Shown in pieces: positions 10,055 through 19,634 of a stretch of DNA of 64,000 bases. Where the stretch lies: contig JBHYGA010000004.1 in NCBI GenBank assembly GCA_051859245.1, forward strand, positions 867,930 to 931,929. Direction: 5' to 3'. Position numbers and translations under genes: made by a program. This DNA is from Gemmatimonadaceae bacterium (GTDB lineage Bacteria > Gemmatimonadota > Gemmatimonadetes > Gemmatimonadales > Gemmatimonadaceae). Each line of letters starts with the position of its first letter. Within the stretch, counting starts at the first letter, position 1. The notes under the pieces were generated by a model. The model saw only the letters and a program-made list of their open reading frames with translations, was not told the DNA's origin and ran no database searches.

Positions 10055-11740
10055 TCAGCGTGCCGACGCGCGCAACGTGTGCACAAGCCAGTCGGCCAAG
10101 ACGCCGAGCGTCTCCGCGGTGACTTTGCGATCGGGCAGCGTGCCGTATCCACCGGGAACGCCTGACGAATCACGCTGAAACAGGTGATTCGTGTTGCGCA
10201 GTCGATGCACGGTCACGTTCGTGTTGCCGCCGGCGCGCATCGCGGCCGCCAACGTATCAGCCTGCTCCGCCGTGACCTGAAGATCGCGTTCTCCCTGCAG
10301 AATCAACACGGGTTGTTGTACCCGACGCGCCGTTGGCAGTGGATCGTACGCCAGAAACTCACGAAGCCACGGATTGTCGCGCGCGAGTGCTGAGGATTGC
10401 TCCTGCGCACTGCGAACCGCCGAGTCTCTCGACGATGCGGTCGCATTTGGCATCATTTGCGCGATCGCATTGCGCTGTTGAAACGCGACAATGCGTGAGC
10501 CGGAGTACGCCGGTCCAGCCAGCACCGCAATGCCTGCGAGGCGCGCGTCGCTTGCCGCAACCATCGGCGCGATGATGCCGCCTTCGCTGTGTCCCACCAG
10601 CGCGATGCGGTCACCGTCAATGTCGTCACGCGTGCGCAGCCATGTGACGGCCGCGCGTACATCGTCCGCAAAATCGCGCGACGTGGCGGCGGCGTGATTA
10701 CCCGTGCTCGCACCCACGCCGCGATCGTCCAAACGCAGCACGGCAATGCCACGCGCGCCGAGGGTATCGGCGATCTGGCGAAAAATGCGGTAGCCTTCAA
10801 TGCCGGGCAGTGCGCCGTCGCGCTCCTGTGCGCCGCTGCCGGAGATGGTGACAATCGCCGGCACGCGCGCGATCGCACGGCGCGGCATGGTGAGTGTTCC
10901 CGCAAGCGTGTGTCCCGCCGGCGACGTGAACGTGACGTCGGTCGCGGAGTATGGCGCGTTGGCGGGTGCCGCGTAGGAAATCGGGGCCGTGTTTGGTGTG
11001 GCAACTGATGGTGGCAGGTCGCCCCACACAAATTCCACGCGCAGTCCTTGCGACGGTACACTGAATCGTACCGGTCGACGGTCGGCGTGAAATTCGAACT
11101 CGCTCGTCAGTCCGGCCAAGGTGAGCGAAATCTTCGCGCCGCTGCGCGATATCACTCCTGGCAAGAGTCGCGCTCCGCTTGCGAGCATGATCCACGCGGT
11201 GTCCGCGGCTGTTTGTTGCGCGATCCATCCGGCGTGGGCGAGCGATTGATTGATCATCCAGCGTGCCCGCGCGCGCGCTGGCAACGCTGCCACGGGTGCG
11301 CCCAGCGCGGCACCGGTGGCAGGTGTCGTGTACACGTACGCGCTGTCGCCCCGCGTTTGCAGTGTCAGTCGCTGCATGGGTGCCTCGGTCTCGGCGGCGC
11401 CAGGACGCCATGCTTCCACCTGCACCGTGTACACACCGGCAGGTTCGCGCAGCTGTTCCGTCCATTTCATGCGAGGCTGACCGCGCATGCGCAGATCTCC
11501 CGACAGCGACGCCTCGCTGTGCACCATGCGCTCAACGCCCACGGTGTCGAATCCCGCGATGTACAACACCGTAAATCCGGCTTGCGCGGTGGCAGCGGTC
11601 GCAGGCGCTGGCGTGGTGCGGGTCTTGAACGTTGGCGATTGGGCGTGCGTCAGCCCGGCGCCGATTCCCAGCAGCAGCAGTCCGCCAATCGCGATGGCCA
11701 GTGGTCGCGCAATGCGCGAGCGGAACGGAAGGATCAGCAT
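10055..11740 (-). CDS. Exported alpha/beta-fold hydrolase (S9/S15-like)
   Basis: Signal peptide; ISGSGAQERD, DDRGVGAS, GHSEGG nucleophile motif, QGERDLQV, NHLF. Confidence 0.88.
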   Translation of the reverse strand: MLILPFRSRIARPLAIAIGGLLLLGIGAGLTHAQSPTFKTRTTPAPATAATAQAGFTVLYIAGFDTVGVERMVHSEASLSGDLRMRGQPRMKWTEQLREPAGVYTVQVEAWRPGAAETEAPMQRLTLQTRGDSAYVYTTPATGAALGAPVAALPARARARWMINQSLAHAGWIAQQTAADTAWIMLASGARLLPGVISRSGAKISLTLAGLTSEFEFHADRRPVRFSVPSQGLRVEFVWGDLPPSVATPNTAPISYAAPANAPYSATDVTFTSPAGHTLAGTLTMPRRAIARVPAIVTISGSGAQERDGALPGIEGYRIFRQIADTLGARGIAVLRLDDRGVGASTGNHAAATSRDFADDVRAAVTWLRTRDDIDGDRIALVGHSEGGIIAPMVAASDARLAGIAVLAGPAYSGSRIVAFQQRNAIAQMMPNATASSRDSAVRSAQEQSSALARDNPWLREFLAYDPLPTARRVQQPVLILQGERDLQVTAEQADTLAAAMRAGGNTNVTVHRLRNTNHLFQRDSSGVPGGYGTLPDRKVTAETLGVLADWLVHTLRASAR

Positions 11741-11754
11741 GACAGGAGCTCCGG

Positions 11755-11973
11755 TCAGGAGTCGGTGGGATCAACAGGCGAGTCGAGATCAGCCGTGCTG
11801 TCTGGATCGAGTGCGGCGCGCGTGGCGATGTTGCGCCCCGCGCGTTTCAGTGCGGAGCGGAGCACGAACTCGATCTGCCCGTTGAGACTGCGCAGGTCAT
11901 CATCGGCCCAACGCTGCATGGCGTCGAGCACGTTGCGATCCACGCGCAGTAGAAACGGTTTGCGTTCAGCCAC
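11755..11973 (-). CDS. Arc-like ribbon-helix-helix DNA-binding protein
   Basis: RKPFLLRVD...WADDDLRSLNGQIEFVLR; lies downstream of an SPFH gene, as is usual for this family. Confidence 0.85.
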   Translation of the reverse strand: MAERKPFLLRVDRNVLDAMQRWADDDLRSLNGQIEFVLRSALKRAGRNIATRAALDPDSTADLDSPVDPTDS

Positions 11974-12005
11974 GGAGCATATGCCTCAAAGGAACATCAA
12001 CCGGA

Positions 12006-12034
12006 TTGGCGCCGCACTGCGTACGCGGCGCCAA
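12006..12034. other. Intergenic stem-loop between the SPFH and RHH genes
   Basis: TTGGCGCCGC-9 nt-GCGGCGCCAA, perfect 10-bp stem. Confidence 0.55.
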
Positions 12035-12042
12035 CCGTGTGT

Positions 12043-12918
12043 TTAGTGGTGAATCGTACCGGTGTTCACGACCGGTGTTACGGCGCGATCAGAACAGAGC
12101 ACCACGAGCAGATTGCTCACCATCGCCGCTTTGCGTTCGTCGTCGAAGTCTACGATGCGCTGGGCAGAGAGCTGTTCGAGTGCCATTTGCACCATGCCCA
12201 CGGCACCTTCCACAATCGTTTGCCGCGCGGCGACCACGGCACTCGCCTGCTGCCGCTGCAACATGGCGGCGGCGATTTCCTGCGCGTAGGCCAGATGGCT
12301 GATGCGCGCCTCCAGCACTTCAACACCGGCCTTGGCCAGTCGTTCAATCAGCGCCTGCAACAAGCTGTGTGAGACAATGTCGGTGTGCGTGGAGAGCGAA
12401 ATGTCAGCCTCGCCATGCGTGTCGTACGGATAGGTGCTGGCCAACGCACGGAGCGCGGACTCACTCTGCATGTGCACGTACTCTTCGTAGTCGTTCACTT
12501 CGAACATCGCTTCGGCCGTATCGGTCACGCGCCACACGACAACGGCGGCGATATCCACCGGATTCGAGCGGGCGTCGTTCACTTTCAACTTGCCCGTTTC
12601 AAAGTTTCGCACGCGCAACGACACGGCCTTCTTGGCCATAAACGGATTGGTGAACCAGAGTCCTGGTTCTTTGACGGTGCCTTTGTACGTACCGAACAGC
12701 GTGAGGACCTTGCCCTCGTTCGGGTTGACCACAAAGAGCCCGGGCGTGAGGGCGGTGGCGATCGTGAGAATGACCAGCGCGGAGACAACGCGCGTGCCGT
12801 CTTCGGCGCGAGCGCCCGTGGCAAACATCCAGACGCCCAGCGCGAAGGCGACAAAAATGAGCAGGGCCATGGCGATGCCGCCGACGGGCTTGGCCTGGGT
12901 CTCGTGGAACGTGGTCAT
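12043..12918 (-). CDS. SPFH (band 7) domain membrane protein
   Basis: Two N-terminal TM helices; [52 protein letters not shown]. Confidence 0.92.
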   Translation of the reverse strand: MTTFHETQAKPVGGIAMALLIFVAFALGVWMFATGARAEDGTRVVSALVILTIATALTPGLFVVNPNEGKVLTLFGTYKGTVKEPGLWFTNPFMAKKAVSLRVRNFETGKLKVNDARSNPVDIAAVVVWRVTDTAEAMFEVNDYEEYVHMQSESALRALASTYPYDTHGEADISLSTHTDIVSHSLLQALIERLAKAGVEVLEARISHLAYAQEIAAAMLQRQQASAVVAARQTIVEGAVGMVQMALEQLSAQRIVDFDDERKAAMVSNLLVVLCSDRAVTPVVNTGTIHH

Positions 12919-12962
12919 GGGCTCCTCATCAAAACGTGAAGGGTCGGAACGTGCGCTCAAAA

Positions 12963-12983
12963 TGATATCACTTCAATATCTTA
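12963..12983 (-). promoter_or_regulatory. Putative RHH operator overlapping the -10 of the SPFH operon
   Basis: Palindrome TGATATCA (12963-12970) and degenerate copy CAATATCT 11 bp away, overlapping minus-strand TAAGAT. Confidence 0.5.
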
Positions 12984-13124
12984 CGGACCAGGTCTCGGCT
13001 GGTTTCAGGGGGGCGTTTCGTGCTCGCAGCGTAAGGACGACTCCGCATTTACCGAGGGTCCGGTTGGTACTTCTGCTGATTGAGCGGCAGGTGTTGCGCC
13101 AGTTACGATCCGTTTCGTTGTTGT

Positions 13125-13139
13125 CGGGAACGATTCTCA
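13125..13139 (+). promoter_or_regulatory. Fur-type 7-1-7 box upstream of the hmuY-like gene
   Basis: CGGGAAC-G-ATTCTCA; 12/15 identical to the minus-strand box TGAGAAC-G-AGTCTCA upstream of the cbiX-like gene; 50 bp before the ATG. Confidence 0.55.
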
Positions 13140-13189
13140 TTTACGCCTGGCCGCTGGTTCAGCGGCCGTGCACCACTATCTGGTGACCC

Positions 13190-14254
13190 ATGTCCGTTTC
13201 TGTTGCGCGTGTTGTGTCGACCGTGTGCTGCGCCGCCTTGCTGGCCGCATGCACGAGCGATTCTCCGTCCGAGCCGACGCCGCCGCCATTTGATGGCAGC
13301 ATCTCGCAGGTTCAGGTCGATGCTTCGACGTCGACAGCATATATACAGTTGGGAGACACCATTAAATCTGTTGCCGTCGCAAACGCCGCTGCATCCACCG
13401 ATTGGGACCTTTCGCTCTTCTCAACCACCATCGCGCTCAACAGCGGCCCAACGGGACCGGGTGCGATCTCGGGTGTGTGTCTCTGCGCCAACGAAGGTGT
13501 GAGCAACACGGCCATCCAGACGCTGACGGCGGCTTCGGAGTTGCCGGCGTTTCAGGCGGTGACGGCGGCAAACATTCCGGCCGAGTCGCAGTTCTTGCTG
13601 GAATCGATCACTCCGCGAATTACCGGATGGTTCACCGGAACGGGCGCAGCGGCGCAGGCAAACCCGGCGCGCAGTTTTGTGGTGCTCCGCTCGCGCGTGG
13701 TGCCGGTCCCGCTGTACGGCAAGTTCCACGTCACCAACATCACGGGAGCCACCGCCACGGCGGCGGGCAGCGTGACGTTCGAATACACGATGCAGGCCAC
13801 GTCCAACGGTGCGCTGCCGGCGGTGCGCACGGCGACGGTCACCGTGGGATCCACGCCGGTCTACTTTGATCTCGTGGCGGGCGCCGTTTCGTCTGCGGCC
13901 GGCACCTGGGATCTGCGCTTCGAAGGCTTCCTCATTCGCGCGAACTCAGGCGCGAGTGGTGGCGCCGGACACCTTGTGGCGCCGCCGCAGGATGTGCCGT
14001 TCGCCTCGCTGGACCTGACCGCGATGCGTGCGCTTCCGAACGCGTCCTTTGGTCAAGACGCACTCGGCGGTCCGTTTGGCGCGAAGCCATGGTACAAGTA
14101 CAACGTGACCGGCACGGACATGCAGATCTGGCCGAACTTCAACGTGTATCTCGTGAAGAAGGGCAACGCGGTGTACAAGGTGCAGGTGGTGAGCTACTAC
14201 GACACCACTGGCAAGGGGCGCGTGATCACGGTGCGGTCGGCGCGACTGCGGTAG
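13190..14254 (+). CDS. HmuY-family heme-binding lipoprotein
   Basis: Lipobox LAAC; two WDL-x-F segments (TDWDLSLF, TWDLRFEG) each followed by NSG; WYKYN, VYLVK...YKVQVVSYYD at the C-terminus. Confidence 0.78.
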   Translation: MSVSVARVVSTVCCAALLAACTSDSPSEPTPPPFDGSISQVQVDASTSTAYIQLGDTIKSVAVANAAASTDWDLSLFSTTIALNSGPTGPGAISGVCLCANEGVSNTAIQTLTAASELPAFQAVTAANIPAESQFLLESITPRITGWFTGTGAAAQANPARSFVVLRSRVVPVPLYGKFHVTNITGATATAAGSVTFEYTMQATSNGALPAVRTATVTVGSTPVYFDLVAGAVSSAAGTWDLRFEGFLIRANSGASGGAGHLVAPPQDVPFASLDLTAMRALPNASFGQDALGGPFGAKPWYKYNVTGTDMQIWPNFNVYLVKKGNAVYKVQVVSYYDTTGKGRVITVRSARLR

Positions 14255-14306
14255 TTCAGCGCGAATACAATACGCGTACGGGCTGCACGCAGGGTAACTT
14301 GCCCGC

Positions 14307-15521
14307 GTGCAGCCCGAGACTGATACCGATCCCGCGCGATGGCGGTTGCTGGCACTGCTGGCAACCGCCGAGTTGTTCGGCATGGCGCTGTGGCTCGCAG
14401 GGAGCGCTGCGGCGCCGCAGCTCGCTGAGACGTGGTCGCTGACCGGTTCGCAAATCGCCTGGATTACGAACGCGGTGCAGCTCGGTTTTGTGGTGGGGAC
14501 GGCCTTCAGTGCGTTGTTCAATCTCGCCGACACCATCCCATCAAAGCGACTCTTCGCCGTTGCGGCCGTGTGCGGTGCAGTGGTGAATTTGCCGCTGGCA
14601 TTTACCGACAGCTTTCGCGTGGCGTTGCTCTCACGCTTTGCCGTGGGCGTGTGCCTGGCCGGTGTGTATCCACCGGCGATGAAAATGGCGGCGACATGGT
14701 TTCGCGCGCGACGCGGACTGGCGGTGGGTACGATTGTTGGCGCGCTCACGGTTGGAAAGGCGGTTCCGTATCTCGCGCAGGCGATTCCTGGTGCGACCGT
14801 GTTGCACATCGCGATCGGAGCGAGCGTGGCTGCGGTGTTGGCCGCGCTGCTGGTCGTGGTTGCGTATCGCGACGGCCCGTACGCATTCCCCGCGCGCCCA
14901 TTCAGCTGGCTTCTCGTGCGTGATGTGCTCGCCAACCGACGTTACCGACTGGCGCTCGGCGGTTATCTGGGACACATGGCCGAGTTGTACAGTTTCTGGA
15001 CGTGGATCGCGACCTTCGTGGCGGCGAGTGAAGGCGCGCGCGTGCTGCGCGACAACACGACCGACGCCCCACATTGGCTGGTGGGTGTGCTGTCGTTTGG
15101 TGTGATTGCCGTGGGAGGCATCGGTTGCATCTGGGGCGGTCTGGTGGCGGATCGCATCGGACGCGAACGTCTTGTGATTCGTGCCATGGCGATCAGCGGT
15201 GTGTGCGCGGTGCTGATTGGCGTGGCGTTTGGCCGGAGCTGGTGGTTGCTCGCGCCCATCGCGCTCACGTGGGGATTTTTTGTGATTGCCGACAGCGCCC
15301 AGTTCAGCGTGATGGTCACCGAGAGCGTGCCACCCAACGCGGTGGGCACCGCACTGATGCTGCAGGTGTCCATCGGATTCTTACTCACCACCATCACGAT
15401 TCAGCTGGTGCCGCTGATCGCGCGCGGGATTGGTTGGGCCTGGGCGTTCCCCGTGCTGGCGCTCGGACCGCTGCTTGGAATTGTGAGTATCAGGCGTCTT
15501 CAGGCACCGCGCGCTCGTTGA
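14307..15521 (+). CDS. MFS transporter
   Basis: About 12 hydrophobic segments; AVQLGF, GVYPPAMK, GYLGHMAELY, ADRIGR, ADSAQFS. Confidence 0.9.
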   Translation: MQPETDTDPARWRLLALLATAELFGMALWLAGSAAAPQLAETWSLTGSQIAWITNAVQLGFVVGTAFSALFNLADTIPSKRLFAVAAVCGAVVNLPLAFTDSFRVALLSRFAVGVCLAGVYPPAMKMAATWFRARRGLAVGTIVGALTVGKAVPYLAQAIPGATVLHIAIGASVAAVLAALLVVVAYRDGPYAFPARPFSWLLVRDVLANRRYRLALGGYLGHMAELYSFWTWIATFVAASEGARVLRDNTTDAPHWLVGVLSFGVIAVGGIGCIWGGLVADRIGRERLVIRAMAISGVCAVLIGVAFGRSWWLLAPIALTWGFFVIADSAQFSVMVTESVPPNAVGTALMLQVSIGFLLTTITIQLVPLIARGIGWAWAFPVLALGPLLGIVSIRRLQAPRAR

Positions 15522-16005
15522 GCGCGGTGGCGAGCGCGACGAGTGTGCGGTCCATGGCACCAGTGCGGCGCACGATGTAGCGAAACACAAAACGCGCGAT
15601 CGGATTGTTCACGCTGCTCTGTTCCACATAGTGCACGCGCGTGCCGTCGCCATCAGGCGAGAGTGCGAAACGGCGCTCCGATTGCCGTGCGACATCATCG
15701 TCCAGCACGCGTGCAATGAACTCGTGTGGCGCGAGCACCGTGACGGCCTCAAATGCAAGTGCGCCGTCATCGCCGTACTCTCGCCACCGCAGTGGCGCGG
15801 TACCGTCAACATCAACCGACGACATGGTGTCGCGCCACGCCGGATAACCGGCGGGATCGGCAATCAGTGACCACACGGTGTCCGGGGCGGCGCGCAAACG
15901 CAGCACGCGCGCCACGGAATGTGTGCGGGGAAGCATGAGACCTCCCACGAGCATCGCCACGAAGACCGAGACCACTGTGCCCATCACGAACAGCACAATT
16001 CCCAT
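15490..16005 (-). CDS. SRPBCC (START-like) protein with N-terminal TM helix
   Basis: APDTVWSLIADPAGYPAWR motif. Confidence 0.8.
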   Translation of the reverse strand: MGIVLFVMGTVVSVFVAMLVGGLMLPRTHSVARVLRLRAAPDTVWSLIADPAGYPAWRDTMSSVDVDGTAPLRWREYGDDGALAFEAVTVLAPHEFIARVLDDDVARQSERRFALSPDGDGTRVHYVEQSSVNNPIARFVFRYIVRRTGAMDRTLVALATALNERAVPEDA

Positions 16006-16019
16006 GCGTTGATTCCGGT

Positions 16020-18668
16020 TCAGTTGGCGCTGTCTGAATCAACCAACGCGGGGAGTCGTACAAGCGGCGCATCGAGCACATCGCGTACCCGCTGCGCCAA
16101 CTGCCGCGGTGTGAATGGCTTTTGCTGAAACGGCACATCTTCAACACGAATGCCGCGCAGTAGCACCGCGTCGTCTGTATACCCTGACATGAACAGCACG
16201 CGCGTCTCTGGTCGCTCCGCGAGCAGCACGTCGGCCAACTCACGCCCGTGCATTCCCGGCATAACAACGTCCGTCAGCAACAAGTGAATTGGTGACGCGT
16301 AGGCACGGGCCATCGCGAGCGCATTGGGGCCATCGGATGCGGCCAGTACCAGATATCCGGCACGTTCAAGTGTCGCAGTCGCCACCTGTCGAACCGAGGC
16401 TTCATCTTCAGCGAGCAGAATGGTCTCCGTTCCTGCGACAATCTCCCCGCTCGGCGATTTGGGCACACGATGTTCGTCGGTCACAAACCGCTCGCGCGGG
16501 AAACAGAGTCGGAACGTGGATCCCTGACCAGGTGCGCTCTCGCACGTGATCACGCCGCCAACCTGCGCGAGCATCGCATACGCCAGAGACAGTCCAAGTC
16601 CAGTGCCTTTGCCGCGCTCTTTTGTTGTAAAAAACGGTTCGAAAATGCGCTCGCGCACCGCGTTGGTCATGCCCACGCCCGTGTCTCGCACTTCCAGGAT
16701 GCACCAGCTGCCCTCGCGCAGCCCCATGCGCACCGCGTCGCCGTCGCTCACCGACTGCGTTTCAATGGTGAGCGTGCCACCATCGGGCATCGCATCACGC
16801 GCGTTGGCCACGAGGTTGAGCATGACCTGTTCCAACTGACCGCGGTCTGCGGAAATCATGCCAAGCAGCGGATCGCAGTGCGTGGTCAGCGTGATGTGTT
16901 CGCCGACCAATCGTGCAAACAATCGTTCGAGATCGGAGACAACCGCGTTGAGGTCGAGCGTGGTGGGCTGGAGCACCTGCTTTCGACTCACCGCCAAAAT
17001 CTGTCGCGTGAGCTCGGCGCCGCGTTCTGCGAGGGTCAGGACTTCTGCGATGTCCGCGCGTGTGGGATGCTCGGGCGGCAACTGGTCCATGGCAAACTCG
17101 CTGAAGCCAACAATGCCGGTGAGGAGATTGTTGAAATCATGCGCGATGCCACCGGCAAACGCGCCAACAGCTTCCATCTTCTGTGATTGGCGCAGCTGTT
17201 CTTCGCTGCGAGCGAGCGCGATCTCGGCTTCTTTACGTGCTGTGACGTCAATGCCGATCGACAACCAGTTCGCAGCGCCCAGTCGGCGCGACGACGTGGT
17301 GATGATCTCCATTTCCATGACGCGTCCGTCGGCGGTGCGATGCTTCCACGTGCCGGCGCTCTGTTTGTCTTCGGTAAACGGCAGACGCCGTTTCGAAAAG
17401 CGATCGAGCTCCGACGGATCAAGCAGCGTGGTAATCGGTTTGCCAACGAGCGCATCGCGTCGATATCCGTACTTCTCAAGCACGGCATCGTTGACCGCAA
17501 GAATTTCCATCGTGTCCGCGTGCCACGCCCACATGGGCAGCGGATTTGACTCGAAGAGAAAACGATAGCGTTGTTCGTTGTCGGCCAGCGCTTCGTTACG
17601 CTGCTGTGCCGCCTGCGCCATGCGATTCACAGCGGCGCTGGCCATTTGCACTTCGGACGGACCAACCACTTCCGCGCGGTGATCCGACGCGCCGTCGGCG
17701 ATGCGCTGCGCGTCGTTCGCGAGCGACACCAGCTGTCTGGCAATGCGACCGCCAATAAAGACCGCGCCGGCTGCTGCAAGGATCAGCGCGGCCAGTGACA
17801 TGAGCACATCGTCGCGCTGCTGCGCACGCAGTGGCGCTTCGAACTCGTCTATCGGCAGGCCAACATTTACAAGCCACGGTGCACGGCGACTGCGCATGGA
17901 TGCGGTGAGTCGCGTCACGCTGTCGGTGCCCGTGAGGTTCATGATGATGGTCGTGTCGGGAAACGGCGGACGCCGTCCCGTGCTCGCAAACATGTTGCGC
18001 CCGATGTACGACTCTGGTGACTCCGACCGTGCAACGATCACGCCGCTCGTGTCGAGCAGCGTGACCAACGGACGCTGACGGAATGACGCGATGTTGATGA
18101 AGTCGGTGAGGGTATCGATGCGAACGGGTGATGCGATCACGCCGTACGCGCGCCCGTCCGGATTGCGGAGTGCGCGCGCCATGATCACCACCCACGGCCG
18201 GCCCGCCGTTATGAACGACTGACGCGGCGCACCGACTACCGGACCGTTCGACTGCAACGCGGCACGGAAATAGTCGCGCTCGAGAAAGTTGATTGTATCA
18301 CGATCTGGCGTGGGACGTCCGCTCCCGCGATTGCGGCCGAGCGTGTCCACCACGAAAAAGTTGATGAACCGCTCGTTGCTGGCGCTTGAGGCAACACCGA
18401 GCAGCGAATCGAGCGTCGGGCGATCGTCCCAGTTCCGGCGAACCGGATCAGCGAGTGAGAGAAACGAGGCGTTCGCCGTTTCTACCCAATCGTCTGTGCG
18501 ATTGGCCATCAACTGCGCGGCCTGTTCGACGCGTGCTTCGGCTGAACTGCGCGCTTCGACCATCTGCTTCCGCGACTGGAGCAAATGCGCAATGCTGATG
18601 GGCAGCGCCACTGCCAACATCAGTGCGGCCAACTGCACGCGGACGCTGCGCCACCATCGCGGAGTCAT
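16020..18668 (-). CDS. Membrane hybrid histidine kinase (Cache-HAMP-PAS-HisKA-HATPase-REC)
   Basis: Two TM helices flanking a RDYF-containing Cache-like domain; [16 protein letters not shown]-terminal receiver. Confidence 0.92.
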   Translation of the reverse strand: MTPRWWRSVRVQLAALMLAVALPISIAHLLQSRKQMVEARSSAEARVEQAAQLMANRTDDWVETANASFLSLADPVRRNWDDRPTLDSLLGVASSASNERFINFFVVDTLGRNRGSGRPTPDRDTINFLERDYFRAALQSNGPVVGAPRQSFITAGRPWVVIMARALRNPDGRAYGVIASPVRIDTLTDFINIASFRQRPLVTLLDTSGVIVARSESPESYIGRNMFASTGRRPPFPDTTIIMNLTGTDSVTRLTASMRSRRAPWLVNVGLPIDEFEAPLRAQQRDDVLMSLAALILAAAGAVFIGGRIARQLVSLANDAQRIADGASDHRAEVVGPSEVQMASAAVNRMAQAAQQRNEALADNEQRYRFLFESNPLPMWAWHADTMEILAVNDAVLEKYGYRRDALVGKPITTLLDPSELDRFSKRRLPFTEDKQSAGTWKHRTADGRVMEMEIITTSSRRLGAANWLSIGIDVTARKEAEIALARSEEQLRQSQKMEAVGAFAGGIAHDFNNLLTGIVGFSEFAMDQLPPEHPTRADIAEVLTLAERGAELTRQILAVSRKQVLQPTTLDLNAVVSDLERLFARLVGEHITLTTHCDPLLGMISADRGQLEQVMLNLVANARDAMPDGGTLTIETQSVSDGDAVRMGLREGSWCILEVRDTGVGMTNAVRERIFEPFFTTKERGKGTGLGLSLAYAMLAQVGGVITCESAPGQGSTFRLCFPRERFVTDEHRVPKSPSGEIVAGTETILLAEDEASVRQVATATLERAGYLVLAASDGPNALAMARAYASPIHLLLTDVVMPGMHGRELADVLLAERPETRVLFMSGYTDDAVLLRGIRVEDVPFQQKPFTPRQLAQRVRDVLDAPLVRLPALVDSDSAN

Positions 18669-18707
18669 CGGGGAATCCGAATCTGGTGGCGCGCGTGATG
18701 TGCGACG

Positions 18708-19625
18708 TCAGGAACCAGTCGCGACGGCAACCGATGACGGATCAACCGCCATCCCCATCGCGTGATATCCCTTGTCGACGTACAACGTGGTCCCGGTAAT
18801 TCCCGCCGCGAGCGGACTGGCGAGAAAGGCTGCGGTGTAGCCGACATCCATGGCGTCGAGCGTTTCGGGCAGCGCGGAGTTCACGGCGCAGTACTCCACC
18901 ATGTTCTGAATAATTCCAATGGCCTTGGCCGCACGTGATGCGTACGGTCCAGCCGAAATGGTGTTCACGCGCAGTCCCCACTTATGGCCGGCTTCGAAGG
19001 CGAGCGTGCGCGTATCGCTCTCCAGCGCCGCCTTCGCCGACGACATGCCGCCGCCGTATCCGGGAATCACGCGCTCGCTGGCCATGTACGTGAGTGAGCA
19101 CACGGAGCCGCCCGGCCGCATGATCGGGCCGAGTTGCTGCATGAGACTGAGCAGTGAATACGCACTCGTGCCCACCGCTTCGAGATAGCCTTTGCGGCTG
19201 ACTTCGAGCAACGGCTTTTTGACTTCTGGTCCGTTCGCGAGCGAATGAAAGACAATGTCGAGCGGTTGCGCTCCAAAGTCTTCCACCAGCCGCGCTTTCA
19301 ATCCGGCGATGGAGAAGTCGCCGACGTCGGCGTAGCGCTTGGATTCGCGCACGTCGGCGGGGACACTGTCCAACGTGTCGTACGCGGCGTCGAGCGGATA
19401 GATCTTCTCGAACGAGAACATCGAACCGTCGGGGAGCGTGCGCGATTCGTCGAGCTTGCCGCGCTCGAGCATGGTCAGAAAAATGTTCAGCGCGGGCGGC
19501 CACGTGGCCACGCACACGGAGGCACCTGCTTGCGCCAGCGCCTTGGCAATGGCGAACCCAAAGCCGCCATCGTCTGCAACGCCGGCCACGAGGGCGCGTT
19601 TGCCGGAAAGATCTATCGGTAGCAT
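18708..19625 (-). CDS. fabI: Enoyl-ACP reductase, plant/chlamydial type
   Basis: [56 protein letters not shown]. Confidence 0.92.
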   Translation of the reverse strand: MLPIDLSGKRALVAGVADDGGFGFAIAKALAQAGASVCVATWPPALNIFLTMLERGKLDESRTLPDGSMFSFEKIYPLDAAYDTLDSVPADVRESKRYADVGDFSIAGLKARLVEDFGAQPLDIVFHSLANGPEVKKPLLEVSRKGYLEAVGTSAYSLLSLMQQLGPIMRPGGSVCSLTYMASERVIPGYGGGMSSAKAALESDTRTLAFEAGHKWGLRVNTISAGPYASRAAKAIGIIQNMVEYCAVNSALPETLDAMDVGYTAAFLASPLAAGITGTTLYVDKGYHAMGMAVDPSSVAVATGS

Positions 19626-19634
19626 CCGCCCAAT

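Noticed and set aside
11755..11973. RHH protein as the antitoxin of a toxin-antitoxin pair
   Set aside because: No toxin-like neighbour; the context is the SPFH-RHH pairing.
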